IMG/VR virus record: IMGVR_UViG_3300012909_000001
Coordinates: 33,689 to 97,688 of that record
Strand: one strand, 5' to 3'
Source: a virus
Lineage: Duplodnaviria; Heunggongvirae; Uroviricota; Caudoviricetes
Length of the DNA stretch: 64,000 nt
Shown: positions 9,901-19,557 of the stretch, in pieces
Layout of the letters: each line of letters opens with the position of its first letter
Numbering within the stretch: position 1 is the stretch's first letter
Notes under the pieces: model-generated
What the model saw: the letters and a program-made list of their open reading frames with translations, nothing else
The model's database searches: none
What the model was told of the DNA's origin: nothing
Program-made: the position numbers and the translations under genes

Positions 9901-12336
9901 TTATTTTTTGACTACTTTATTGCCTTGTTGTTGTTTGATTTTTATCTCTTTATCCTTCTGTTCAAGCTTCTTTTTGTCTGTTACTATCTGGTGGTCCAGT
10001 TTTTTAGATTCAAGCTCAATCTTTTTAGCTTTAATATCAGCATCAACACCTACTTTATAAACTTCAAGTATATCTGGTGTACCATCTTTATCAAGGTCTT
10101 TATCTTCATTAAATCCAAGAGATAATATAGTTTGTTTTTGTAAATCAATAACACCTTTAGCATCAATTTCTTCCATAGTATTCTCATGTTCAATTTCAAG
10201 CTTCTCTCTCTCCCATTGTCTGACTTTCTCTTGCTCCTGAGCTTGTGCTTCAAGTGTTTGAGATTGTTCTCTCTGAGTTTGCTCTCTTCTGTTATTTTCT
10301 GCTGTTTCAAGTAATTCTTCAGCTTCCTGGATAGACTCACTTCTCATTATTTTGATTACATCAGAAAGTTCAACTTGCTGATTCTGTAATGCAGCATGAG
10401 ATAGTTGTTGTACCATTTGCAGAGCTTCATTAGATTTCATTGAGTTAGAAACAAATATTCCATAAGTTGAATTATCAAGTAAATCATAATCCATAGAAAC
10501 TAATTGTCTTGACATATCATCAAGTACATAAGATAAGTAATTAGGCTGGAATTCTGAGTAAGCTACTTTAGCACATTCAATAAGAGCCTGTAGTACATTC
10601 TTCTTAATATTGTTATGAGTCTCAAAATAAGGTTCAAGTATATTAACTGATTGTGTAATAGCTTGTTGTGTATTTCTTACAGCATCATCTGATGCAATCT
10701 GTCCTTCAATAGCTTTTGTTATACCAACTGATTCTCCACATCTTCTTTCTATATATTCAGCAAGTGAGATATATTTCTGAATATCAGAAGCAAGTGACAT
10801 ATCTATTTCCTTAACAGCATTAGTTACATCAGTACTACCTTTGTTTCCTTCTTCATTAGGATTCATCCATCCAATCTTAGAAGTCTCAAGATAATACATC
10901 CATTTCTCCAGTGTAATACCAGATGATTTAGGAACCATATTAAGGTTCATATATAACTGTTTTCCTTTATCTGATGCAGTAAGTAATTCAATTCTGTAAA
11001 GCAGAATATTATAGAAGTACTGATAGTACTTCATTCTGTCTACAAGTGATGTTACTTCTGAGTTCAGATTATCATAGGCAGCACCTATGTAGGATAATTT
11101 GCAATTATACAAATTACCCATATCTTTATATTGTCCCGGAACTTCTCTTAGAAAAGCATATTTATCCTCTCCAATTTTATATCCTTCGAACTTAGTTATA
11201 ATCCATTCATCTTCAATAGATATATCTCCATTGGCTGGATTAAGTTTGTAGCTTTCATCTACAATATCTTCTTGTATTTCTCCTGAATCTAAATCCTGAT
11301 ATTTTAGAAATCTCATTAATCTGAGTGATTTCCACTCAGAGTGTAATACTCTTATACCAAGAATGTTAGAAGTGCCATCATTTCTAAATGTAAAACTGCT
11401 GTCTGGAAGTGAGGATGCATGGCTATAGTCTTTATATATTTCATCAATTTCTTTATTTGTAAGTTCTGAACCAAAATGCTTAATTACTTCAGATGGACTC
11501 ATATACATTTCATATGATGCCCATTCCCCATCTTCAATATAATCTAAGTCAGATGACTTATCATAATCAAATCTGAGTGGATTAACTACCTTTAATGTTG
11601 GTTCTCCATTAACAATACCTACCCAAAATATTTCCCTTCCCGCAATAAGTCCATGTTTCCATGCCTTATTAAATTTCATCTTTATATCTTCTTTCTGTAT
11701 AAGATATTCTAATATCTGATGTGACAAAGTCTCAGCAGGGTCCTGATGCTCCCTTGTCATATACCTTTTAACTTCTGGTGGTGTCATAGCTTGCAGTTCT
11801 TCAGCTACAGCTTGTTGTACCTTTTCCTGCTCTTCAGGAGTAAGTTGTTTTCCTTTACTCTGTTCTGCGTATTTCTGTTCAATCTCACTTCTGATAGGAG
11901 CCATAATACTATTGATTACATACTCCCTGAGTTTACCAAACTCTGCCTGCTCTCTTCTTGTTGTAGCTTCTTCATTAGTTGCTACTACTTTCCAGGAGAA
12001 AGGTCTTTTCATTTCCATACCTAAAAGTGCTTTTACCTTACCAGATAAAATATCCTTATTTGTAAAGTCAGCAGGTAATTCTCCTACTTCTTTTCCAAAT
12101 GGAGCACATACATGGTCAAAGTCAGACTTGTTAACTCTATTGTTAAATAAGTCATAATTTACTTTCATCCTTGTATACTCAGATGCAACACCACTCCCAG
12201 ACTGTCCAAACATTCCTCCATTGGCAAAAGAGATACCATCCAGGTCATTCAACCTGTCCTTATACCACTGTTTGTCATTGGCATTTCTTTGTTTTCTTGT
12301 TAGCCTATTCTCAGGGCTAATGAACTGTTCTGCCAT
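9901..12336 (-). CDS. Portal protein candidate
   Basis: 811 aa ORF immediately downstream of the large terminase. The size fits crAss-like portals, and the C-terminal tail is E/K/Q-rich. Confidence 0.55.
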   Translation of the reverse strand: MAEQFISPENRLTRKQRNANDKQWYKDRLNDLDGISFANGGMFGQSGSGVASEYTRMKVNYDLFNNRVNKSDFDHVCAPFGKEVGELPADFTNKDILSGKVKALLGMEMKRPFSWKVVATNEEATTRREQAEFGKLREYVINSIMAPIRSEIEQKYAEQSKGKQLTPEEQEKVQQAVAEELQAMTPPEVKRYMTREHQDPAETLSHQILEYLIQKEDIKMKFNKAWKHGLIAGREIFWVGIVNGEPTLKVVNPLRFDYDKSSDLDYIEDGEWASYEMYMSPSEVIKHFGSELTNKEIDEIYKDYSHASSLPDSSFTFRNDGTSNILGIRVLHSEWKSLRLMRFLKYQDLDSGEIQEDIVDESYKLNPANGDISIEDEWIITKFEGYKIGEDKYAFLREVPGQYKDMGNLYNCKLSYIGAAYDNLNSEVTSLVDRMKYYQYFYNILLYRIELLTASDKGKQLYMNLNMVPKSSGITLEKWMYYLETSKIGWMNPNEEGNKGSTDVTNAVKEIDMSLASDIQKYISLAEYIERRCGESVGITKAIEGQIASDDAVRNTQQAITQSVNILEPYFETHNNIKKNVLQALIECAKVAYSEFQPNYLSYVLDDMSRQLVSMDYDLLDNSTYGIFVSNSMKSNEALQMVQQLSHAALQNQQVELSDVIKIMRSESIQEAEELLETAENNRREQTQREQSQTLEAQAQEQEKVRQWEREKLEIEHENTMEEIDAKGVIDLQKQTILSLGFNEDKDLDKDGTPDILEVYKVGVDADIKAKKIELESKKLDHQIVTDKKKLEQKDKEIKIKQQQGNKVVKK

Positions 12337-12338
12337 AA

Positions 12339-14546
12339 TTAATCTCTTTTAAAAAATTTATCCATCATTTTTACTATATCTTCAACTTTGTCATTTTTAC
12401 TATCTGCATAATCTTTTCCAAGGTCATCTTCCTGTACCTGGAACATACACATCATAAATGCCATAACTCTGTCAAAATTACCTTTCTTGTTATACTGTAT
12501 TAACTCTTCAAGTAATCCTATTGAATAAATCATATCAAGATTTAAAATAGGATTTCCATTTTCATCATAATCTCTTATCTCAAGTAGCCATTCTTTAATA
12601 TATTTCTCTCCATCATCCTTGATTTTATCAGGCATATGAATACCATATATCCTGGCTACAGTAGAATTCTTAACAGATTTAGATATTACTGCGTCTGGTT
12701 GTACTGCTAATTGGTCCAGTCTTCTTACTCTTCTGAAGTAATTCTTTACGTGAGTTACCTCATTCTCATGCATGATTTCTGCATTATATAAGTCTCCAAG
12801 TAAAGATGCTATTCTGTTTACATCATCAGCTTCCTGAGGTCTACCTACATACTCTGCTACTATTATATTTCTTGCATAAGAGAACTTATGTGAAGTCTTA
12901 TATACATATATAGCAGCTAAGGATACACCTGAAGACAAATCCTGTCTGTAAGGGTCATAACCTATTTTATATAAACCTTTAGGTGGATTATCTATTGGAT
13001 ACTCATATATAATAGGGCATCCTGATAAGTCATCAATCTTTGGTTTATAATTAAGTACTGGTTGTAATTGATTCTTTAAATCAGGAGTTGCAACTACCTT
13101 TCCTTCTCTTCTTTCCAGATATACAGGAGTACCTTTTTTAAGTTGTAGCTTCTCATGTATTACTTTATTAAGTTGATTTCTTAATTCAATAACAGGGAAA
13201 TTATTCATAGACACTGTTAAGAATGCTTCTGATGGACAGAATGGAAACTCTTGCACGTGCTTCTGTAATGTAAATGAAGAGTTAGACTTTTCTAAAATTA
13301 TTTTTCTTCTCTCCATTTCAAATTCAGTAGCAGCCTGTATATCAGAGTTACCCTGTTCATCATAGAATCCTTCCATATTCCATGTTACAGGATGGAAGAA
13401 CCCACATGTTGAATTCTCTGCATTCTCATCCCATATATTAATAAATGGAAGTAATCCATGTACTTCAGGATTATAGAACATATCAGCAAAATCAACTGTT
13501 CCTGATTCCATATCTCCACCTGTTCCAAAGATTACAATTTGTCCCGTAATATATGAACCAGCAGTTAGAGCTGGTACAATAGCAGCAAATGAATCTTTAA
13601 GATTAGGGAATGCTCCTGCCTCTTCAAGCAGAATTATCTTGGCATCCTTACCTCTGGCAGCATCAGGATTATCTTTAAATGATAGAGCAAATACTTCTGA
13701 TTTGTATCCCTTCTCAATTATAGTTCCATTAACTGTAGTTTTGTAAGATGCTTTTTTGTGGTCTTGTTTATCTACATAATCTCTTGACTTAGCCCAACCA
13801 GTGTGCTCATTCATAAAGTTTAGATAATCTGAAGTCATACCCATAGTTCCTTTAGGATAAAGGAATTTCTTTTCTGTAGCTCCAATAATTACCTGAGCAT
13901 TTCTTTCTGTATTGTATATGTTAGCACATACTGCTCCATTCTTATATGAATAACCTTTCCTTCTGGACTTACCTACTATCATATGGTATCCACCATTAAG
14001 ATAGTCAGGGTGTATTTTAACTTTAAGTTTTAATCTGTCAAATACTATATCTGATATAGCATCTCTTTTTGCTTTTGCTTTTATGTATTCAGGATTCTCC
14101 TGATACTTATCTCTTAATTCCTTCTTAATTATATCAAGCTCTGCCTGATATTTAAAGTAAGCATCTTTCTCTGATTGTGAGGTTTCAACTTGTGATTCCT
14201 CATTGAACACACCATTCTTAGCTATCTCAAGACACCAGAAATAATCATAATCACCATCCCAGAAGTCAGGTTGTTGTGTTATTTTCTTTGATGCTTTAGA
14301 GCCTTTGATTTGCTCTACAATCTGAATCTGTGTAAAGTTAAGATAAAAATAGTGATGTCCTGTAATCTTCTGGTCCTCTACTATATATCCTTCGAGACAT
14401 CTTCTTAGTTGTTCTTCCCAATAGGTAAACCAATCTGGTGTTCCGGTAGGAGCAGTACAAAAAGTTCCATTCTTCTGAAACTTAATTGCTTCTTCCCTGA
14501 AAACAGAAGAATCTATCCATCTACCATTTTTATCCCTTATCATCAC
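12339..14546 (-). CDS. terL: Terminase large subunit
   Basis: 735 aa. It has an N-terminal ATPase region with the P-loop-like HMIVGKSRRKG and a C-terminal nuclease-like region rich in acidic residues. It sits at the head of the packaging/structural block, directly upstream of the portal. Confidence 0.6.
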   Translation of the reverse strand: MMIRDKNGRWIDSSVFREEAIKFQKNGTFCTAPTGTPDWFTYWEEQLRRCLEGYIVEDQKITGHHYFYLNFTQIQIVEQIKGSKASKKITQQPDFWDGDYDYFWCLEIAKNGVFNEESQVETSQSEKDAYFKYQAELDIIKKELRDKYQENPEYIKAKAKRDAISDIVFDRLKLKVKIHPDYLNGGYHMIVGKSRRKGYSYKNGAVCANIYNTERNAQVIIGATEKKFLYPKGTMGMTSDYLNFMNEHTGWAKSRDYVDKQDHKKASYKTTVNGTIIEKGYKSEVFALSFKDNPDAARGKDAKIILLEEAGAFPNLKDSFAAIVPALTAGSYITGQIVIFGTGGDMESGTVDFADMFYNPEVHGLLPFINIWDENAENSTCGFFHPVTWNMEGFYDEQGNSDIQAATEFEMERRKIILEKSNSSFTLQKHVQEFPFCPSEAFLTVSMNNFPVIELRNQLNKVIHEKLQLKKGTPVYLERREGKVVATPDLKNQLQPVLNYKPKIDDLSGCPIIYEYPIDNPPKGLYKIGYDPYRQDLSSGVSLAAIYVYKTSHKFSYARNIIVAEYVGRPQEADDVNRIASLLGDLYNAEIMHENEVTHVKNYFRRVRRLDQLAVQPDAVISKSVKNSTVARIYGIHMPDKIKDDGEKYIKEWLLEIRDYDENGNPILNLDMIYSIGLLEELIQYNKKGNFDRVMAFMMCMFQVQEDDLGKDYADSKNDKVEDIVKMMDKFFKRD

Positions 14547-14793
14547 TATCTATATAATATATTCCAGATTTCCAATCCCTGAAATAAAGTAGTTTTTCTC
14601 CTTTTATCATCATATTCTCGTAGAAATTTTCTCTAAAATAAACTCTACATCCTTCAAATTGTGCTACTTCATCTCCTGTAGAATATAAGATTATACCTGA
14701 ATATAATACTTCAGGTTCTACACCAAATATTAAACTTTTAACTTCCGCTATATCTCTTCTTACAACTATAGCTCCTGGTGGTAACATTATCAT
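14530..14793 (-). CDS. Hypothetical protein
   Basis: 87 aa ORF overlapping the terL start. Confidence 0.3.
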   Translation of the reverse strand: MIMLPPGAIVVRRDIAEVKSLIFGVEPEVLYSGIILYSTGDEVAQFEGCRVYFRENFYENMMIKGEKLLYFRDWKSGIYYIDSDDKG

Positions 14794-15344
14794 ACTTCAA
14801 ATGGGTTTACTTGTTTATTACTTCTTGTTTTTGTTGTTTCAAACAATTCTTGCTCTACTTTCTCTTTCATTGCATTAATATTCTGTAATACTTTCTCAGT
14901 ATCAATCATTGCTCCTGTTATATCTTTTGGTTTATATATAGGTAGTCCTGTTCTTTCATTCTTTGCATTCATATCGAATGAATCAAAAAACTGTTTCATT
15001 TTATTAGCTGCATTTATAACAGATATAAAATAAGAATATGTTTCAGAAGCTTCTTTTTGAAATTCTGCCACTTTAATCAATCCTTGTTCTATTAATTTAT
15101 CCGGATTCCATCCTTCAGGTAAAAATTCTTTTACTAATCTTAAATGTCTTAAATCATCATCATAACCTCTATATGGATTGTCTTTCATTTTTGAAGACAT
15201 GAATTCTATATAAGTAAATTCTTTACTCGCTAAAGATTTTATAGGTGTTGTATCTCTTTCCCAGATTGTTTTAAAAGGTTCTATTAAAAGTGTATTAGGA
15301 TTAGGTTTTACTATACCGTTTTCTACTGTAAATAATATTCCCAT
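14790..15344 (-). CDS. Hypothetical protein; the position upstream of terL allows a small terminase subunit, but this is unverified
   Basis: 184 aa ORF, with position as the only argument. Confidence 0.3.
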   Translation of the reverse strand: MGILFTVENGIVKPNPNTLLIEPFKTIWERDTTPIKSLASKEFTYIEFMSSKMKDNPYRGYDDDLRHLRLVKEFLPEGWNPDKLIEQGLIKVAEFQKEASETYSYFISVINAANKMKQFFDSFDMNAKNERTGLPIYKPKDITGAMIDTEKVLQNINAMKEKVEQELFETTKTRSNKQVNPFEV

Positions 15345-15561
15345 TTAGTAGCTTATTAAATGATAAAGCATATTATAGTTTTCTTCTAAAGTCTTTCCTG
15401 TTGGCTGTTTAGATAATTCTAAAGCCATACTTAACAAATATAATTTTTGTTCTGTTGTCATTTTATTAATTGTATCATATTAAACAATATAATATAGTAT
15501 TCAGGTATTGAGTACTTATCATTATTTTCGTGCATCTTAGATGCTATTTCAATTAATTTCA

Positions 15562-15864
15562 TTATTTTACTATTTTAGCTGTGAAACTTATAACTTCTAC
15601 TTCCCCTGAAGTGTATGTAACAGTCAGAGCTTTTCTTACATATTGATATCCAGGATTTATTGCCAGGTGTTTTGGTAATGAACCACTTTTAAATGTTACT
15701 TTAAGCTCTCCTGTTTCAGGGTTATACTTCTTGTAATATGTACATGCTCCACAACTTGGTTTTACTTTCTCTATATCAAGTGGTCTTACAGACTTAAACT
15801 TAAATACAGTTCTTGATTTCTCTTTTACATTACCAAGGTTAATTAAAATATTTTCCCAATTCAT
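15562..15864 (-). CDS. Hypothetical protein
   Basis: 100 aa ORF. Confidence 0.35.
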   Translation of the reverse strand: MNWENILINLGNVKEKSRTVFKFKSVRPLDIEKVKPSCGACTYYKKYNPETGELKVTFKSGSLPKHLAINPGYQYVRKALTVTYTSGEVEVISFTAKIVK

Positions 15865-16223
15865 ATTGTATTTATTACTATTTCAAATTTATTCTTTCTA
15901 TTTAACAACCATATTAATCCTGTATTCTTATCTAAGTATAACCAACCTTCTACTAAAGAATTCCATTGTTCTTTATTAAGTATTGGTGGATAACAAGGTT
16001 TCTCACAAGATTTATTACACATCTGAAGAGCTGTAGTTTTACATCCACATAACTCACATTGACCATCCGTATAGCATTTAGAATTCATCGAATTAATTCT
16101 GCAATCTATTTGTTCTCTTATATGTTTTTTAATTAAATAAGAAAATCTTGAATCATACAATTCATATCTGATATTTCCTTGTAAATAATATAAAATATTT
16201 TTAAGATTTATTTTGCTCTTCAT
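15861..16223 (-). CDS. Cys-rich small protein, putative zinc-binding
   Basis: 120 aa with the Cys cluster CYTDGQCELCGCKTTALQMCNKSCEKPCYPP. Confidence 0.35.
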   Translation of the reverse strand: MKSKINLKNILYYLQGNIRYELYDSRFSYLIKKHIREQIDCRINSMNSKCYTDGQCELCGCKTTALQMCNKSCEKPCYPPILNKEQWNSLVEGWLYLDKNTGLIWLLNRKNKFEIVINTI

Positions 16224-16354
16224 TTTTTAAATTTATTATCATATCTAAAAGACCACTCAGTTGAGGAGACTCTTTTTTTATCTGGTCTAAAGCCAGTTTG
16301 ATATTTTCTTCTGTTAAATCTTTTTCATCTATACCCCAATCTTTGAAATTGGTA

Positions 16355-16663
16355 TTAAATGGTTTCTTCTCTTCTTTCATAATTGTTTAGTACTTTTATT
16401 CTTTCTTCGTATCTGTGTTTTGATATTAACTGATTCTCATAATTCTTTATCAGTTGTATTTTAGAATATTTAACTCTGCTTGCTGAAACTTCGAAATTAC
16501 CAAAATATTGGAATCTCATATTCTTCATAATGCCCAGAGTCATTATTCTTTTTAAGAGCACAAAAGGACTATTACAAATAATCTTAAAGTGCTCTAAATC
16601 TAAGTCATATTTGTCCTTTACTTCTTCATAGTATTGTTCTATATTACTTGTTGCTGATTCCAT
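16355..16663 (-). CDS. Hypothetical protein
   Basis: 102 aa ORF. Confidence 0.35.
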   Translation of the reverse strand: MESATSNIEQYYEEVKDKYDLDLEHFKIICNSPFVLLKRIMTLGIMKNMRFQYFGNFEVSASRVKYSKIQLIKNYENQLISKHRYEERIKVLNNYERREETI

Positions 16664-17055
16664 TAATTACCTCCTATAATTTTTCCTCTTGAATTTTCAA
16701 TTTCTGTCTTAGCTATATCCATCAGATTAATATCTGTTGGAGCATTAACTTCTGCTTCAATCATTTGTTCCCTGATAGCCCTGAAATCTGAGCTTCTCTT
16801 AGCATCTATTGTTTCAATCTCATCTAAAAATCCTGATAGGAAATGTTCAAGCTGAGGTAAAGTGGCTACAAAGATACAATATTCCCAATTGATATCAACT
16901 GCTTCATTTTCATTATCATCCAGGAATTTATAAAATAAATTCTCTTTTTGATGATTGTTTGCCTTAGCATATAACTGCTCAGGTCCTAATTCTCTTATGT
17001 ATTCAAGAATAAATAATCTTGAAATTAAATCTGATGGGTGTTGTAATTTAAACAT
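16663..17055 (-). CDS. Hypothetical protein
   Basis: 130 aa ORF. Confidence 0.35.
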   Translation of the reverse strand: MFKLQHPSDLISRLFILEYIRELGPEQLYAKANNHQKENLFYKFLDDNENEAVDINWEYCIFVATLPQLEHFLSGFLDEIETIDAKRSSDFRAIREQMIEAEVNAPTDINLMDIAKTEIENSRGKIIGGN

Positions 17056-17791
17056 CTTCTCTACTTATTTGGTCTAATTGCTCTATAATTTGTTCCTCTG
17101 TTAATTCTTGTGTTCTGTTTCTTCTTCTTTGTCTTCTTGTTCTTGGTTCTTCAATTATTTCTACTGTACCTTCTCTCCTACTATTTCTCCAGACAATTGG
17201 AGATTGTTGTATTCCTAATCTAGTATATTCCTCTACTTGCTCAGGAGTCCAAAATGTTGTTAATGAGGTACTAATTGGTAATTCTGATATATCCATCATT
17301 ATTGGTGGATGAGATTCATTATAACCTATAAATGGACTTACTGGGTCTACATATTGTCTCTCTCTTACCACTTCTCCATCATCAATCCATGAGACAGTTC
17401 TTGGAGACCTGTCAGCATACTCATCTTCATTGTATGGGTCAAATCCACCTATATATCTTCCAGTTGGAGGTGTTTCCCATATTCCTACTTGTTGTCTTAA
17501 AACTCTGTTAAATTCTTCCATACCTCTTCTACCAGTATATGCAGTTATCATTCTCTCCTGATTCTCAATTACCTGAGGTGTCATTAATTCTTCAAGTCTC
17601 TCAGCTAAACCTCTTACTGAATAAGGATTTCTGTCTTTCCATAAACCATTCTCAGTTATCATGAACTCAGGTTCTTCAAAGAAATTTACATCTGTTTCCT
17701 TGTCTTTTCTTTCTTCATCCCAGAAATAACCAGGTGTTATTTGCATAAGAGATTCATTAAGTTCATAAAAATTATCTGTTGTTGTCTGCAT
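17048..17791 (-). CDS. Hypothetical protein with a basic RRQRRRNRTQ C-terminal segment
   Basis: 247 aa ORF. Confidence 0.35.
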   Translation of the reverse strand: MQTTTDNFYELNESLMQITPGYFWDEERKDKETDVNFFEEPEFMITENGLWKDRNPYSVRGLAERLEELMTPQVIENQERMITAYTGRRGMEEFNRVLRQQVGIWETPPTGRYIGGFDPYNEDEYADRSPRTVSWIDDGEVVRERQYVDPVSPFIGYNESHPPIMMDISELPISTSLTTFWTPEQVEEYTRLGIQQSPIVWRNSRREGTVEIIEEPRTRRQRRRNRTQELTEEQIIEQLDQISREDV

Positions 17792-18137
17792 CTATCTCTA
17801 ATTTAAATTGATATAATTGCTCTCCTTTTTCAGGAATAAGAATAGGAAGTATTGAAAACTTCTTATCCTCTACTTCATAAATGAAGCCTTTGTCTCTTAA
17901 CTGGTCCAGATAATTACCTAAACCACCGGCTGAAATGCCTACCCTTTCCCTTACTATTTTTCTTCCTGAAGTCCCAAATGGGTCTTCTGCTATATCTCCC
18001 TCTAAAGACATGAATCCAGCTAATACTTCAGCTTCCTTCGATGTCATTTGTATTGGTAAGATATGATTAATAATAAGAAGATGCTTTCTGTAAAACTCCT
18101 CCTTATTAAGTTTTAATGTCTTTCTAATTATTTTCAT
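17772..18137 (-). CDS. Hypothetical protein, possible winged-helix DNA-binding regulator
   Basis: 121 aa. The segment GGLGNYLDQLRDKGFIYEV resembles an HTH recognition region. This is a weak call. Confidence 0.3.
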   Translation of the reverse strand: MKIIRKTLKLNKEEFYRKHLLIINHILPIQMTSKEAEVLAGFMSLEGDIAEDPFGTSGRKIVRERVGISAGGLGNYLDQLRDKGFIYEVEDKKFSILPILIPEKGEQLYQFKLEIDADNNR

Positions 18138-18448
18138 TCTATAAAATTTCTTATAGCTGTTGCAAACAGCTCTATGTTTGTTCTGAATTCCTTATGTGAC
18201 ATAAAGAATTTGAAGTCAGTATCACCCGGACAATGATATCTTGTACAACTCATAGTGTTTATTACTTCCATTATCTCATGACACATAATCATAAATACGT
18301 ATATATCATTACCATGCTGTAAATCATAAGTTCCTATTGTTATCAAAGGATTATCAAAAGTAAAAGAACCACCTGAGTTGGTTTTATCATATTTGATTTT
18401 GAAATCTGTTGAACCTATAGTAATCTTCTTTGGATATTTTAACTTCAT
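18134..18448 (-). CDS. Hypothetical protein; first gene of the minus-strand block
   Basis: 104 aa ORF, the 5'-most gene of the minus block. Confidence 0.35.
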   Translation of the reverse strand: MKLKYPKKITIGSTDFKIKYDKTNSGGSFTFDNPLITIGTYDLQHGNDIYVFMIMCHEIMEVINTMSCTRYHCPGDTDFKFFMSHKEFRTNIELFATAIRNFIE

Positions 18449-18722
18449 ATGTTTCTAATTTGATTATGCAAAGATACAAACTATTTTTACACTACAAAGA
18501 AAAATATGAATAATTTTTAATATTAATCTTAACATGAACTTAGATATGTTAAATTAAGCTATTAGAAATGTTAAAGTTGATTTTAGAGGTCTTGATTTAG
18601 TTTTAATTCTGTACCTTTGTCACAGGTTCAAGCAAAGCTGGAAACCTGAAAGGTTTAGAGGGTGGTGTGTTTATAAGAGAGGAGGGAGACTTTTGTGCCT
18701 CTCCCGGAAAACAATTTTGTAT

Positions 18723-18755
18723 AAGGTGTATCTTTAATTAGGTACACCTTTTTTG
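18723..18755 (+). terminator. Rho-independent terminator-like hairpin, AAGGTGTA loop TACACCTT followed by TTTTT
   Basis: Perfect 8 bp inverted repeat with a T-run, seen directly. There is no annotated plus-strand gene upstream, so it may terminate a small RNA made within the divergent region. Confidence 0.4.
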
Positions 18756-18794
18756 TTACCACAAAATTTTGTAATAAAATTTTTTAGAAAGTTA

Positions 18795-18849
18795 GTGAAT
18801 ACGTAATCTAACTTTAAAAAAATTTTTTACCTATACTGTGAATACGTAA
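18795..18849. repeat. 12 bp direct repeat GTGAATACGTAA at 18795-18806 and 18838-18849; each copy contains the TACGTA palindrome
   Basis: Exact repeat seen directly in the divergent intergenic region. It is a candidate operator or ori iteron. Confidence 0.5.
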
Positions 18850-19110
18850 CTGTCCTTGAGAGAAGCACCCGCACTTATTTTGAGTTCGAAACACCCCCAC
18901 CTATTTTCAGTCTAACTTAAATTCTTCAGCCATGAAATTATTCTTGTACTTTCTCTACTCTGGTATCTTATGTTGCTCTGGTTTCTATGCTTACTTCTAT
19001 CAGACACAACAATCTAAATCCATGCTGTGTCTTGTGTGTATCCTTGGTGCCTACCTGTGGTTACAAAGTGAGCTAAAGAAACATGTACAACTATAGTATG
19101 ATATAATACC

Positions 19111-19134
19111 ACTGAATACCCTCACTTATATTTA
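19111..19134 (+). promoter_or_regulatory. Promoter-like element ACTGAATACCCTCACTTATATTTA
   Basis: It shares an approximately 24 nt motif with 19520-19543 and a shorter core with 18868-18881. It has a TAnnTTT(A/G) -7-like box and sits 190 nt upstream of a small membrane-protein ORF. Confidence 0.4.
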
Positions 19135-19323
19135 GTAATGACAAGCTTGTAATTCGGTGTAATCCGTAACCACTTAATAGTCCGTAAGGTAGCTATATCA
19201 TTACATTATTATAACAAGTACAGTAATAAGCGTTCAATCCGTAAACCATGCTAACCACTAGGGAAACTTCGGTCACTTCGTAATTACTGTACTTATCTTT
19301 TATTAACCAATAACAACACAATC

Positions 19324-19494
19324 ATGACACACTCAAAGAAATCCCAAATGGCAGCAGATGTATTTCTTGCTATTGTACTTACTTCATTCAGTCTGCTATG
19401 TCTAATACAGCAATGTGCAGATATAGTAGCAATTGGTATTGTATTTACATGCTTATCAGTAGTATACTGGTACAACATAATTAAAGAGATTTAA
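19324..19494 (+). CDS. Small hydrophobic membrane protein, 56 aa; absent from the six-frame track because it is shorter than 60 aa
   Basis: ATG at 19324 reads MTHSKKSQMAADVFLAIVLTSFSLLCLIQQCADIVAIGIVFTCLSVVYWYNIIKEI. It lies between a promoter-like motif and a terminator hairpin, and is preferred over the antisense ORF 19293..19478. Confidence 0.45.
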   Translation: MTHSKKSQMAADVFLAIVLTSFSLLCLIQQCADIVAIGIVFTCLSVVYWYNIIKEI

Positions 19495-19510
19495 TTCTCT
19501 TTTTTTATTT
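19485..19510 (+). terminator. Terminator hairpin AGAGA-TTTAAT-TCTCT followed by TTTTTT
   Basis: Seen directly; it follows the 56 aa ORF. Confidence 0.45.
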
Positions 19511-19519
19511 GTTCCATAC

Positions 19520-19543
19520 ACTGAACACCCTCACTTATTTTTG
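19520..19543 (+). promoter_or_regulatory. Promoter-like element ACTGAACACCCTCACTTATTTTTG, with a -7 box TAttTTTG
   Basis: Conserved motif, second copy. Its TATTTTTG matches the Bacteroidota -7 consensus TAnnTTTG, and it lies 15-57 nt upstream of the next ORF. Confidence 0.45.
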
Positions 19544-19557
19544 CACTTATTGAATTA

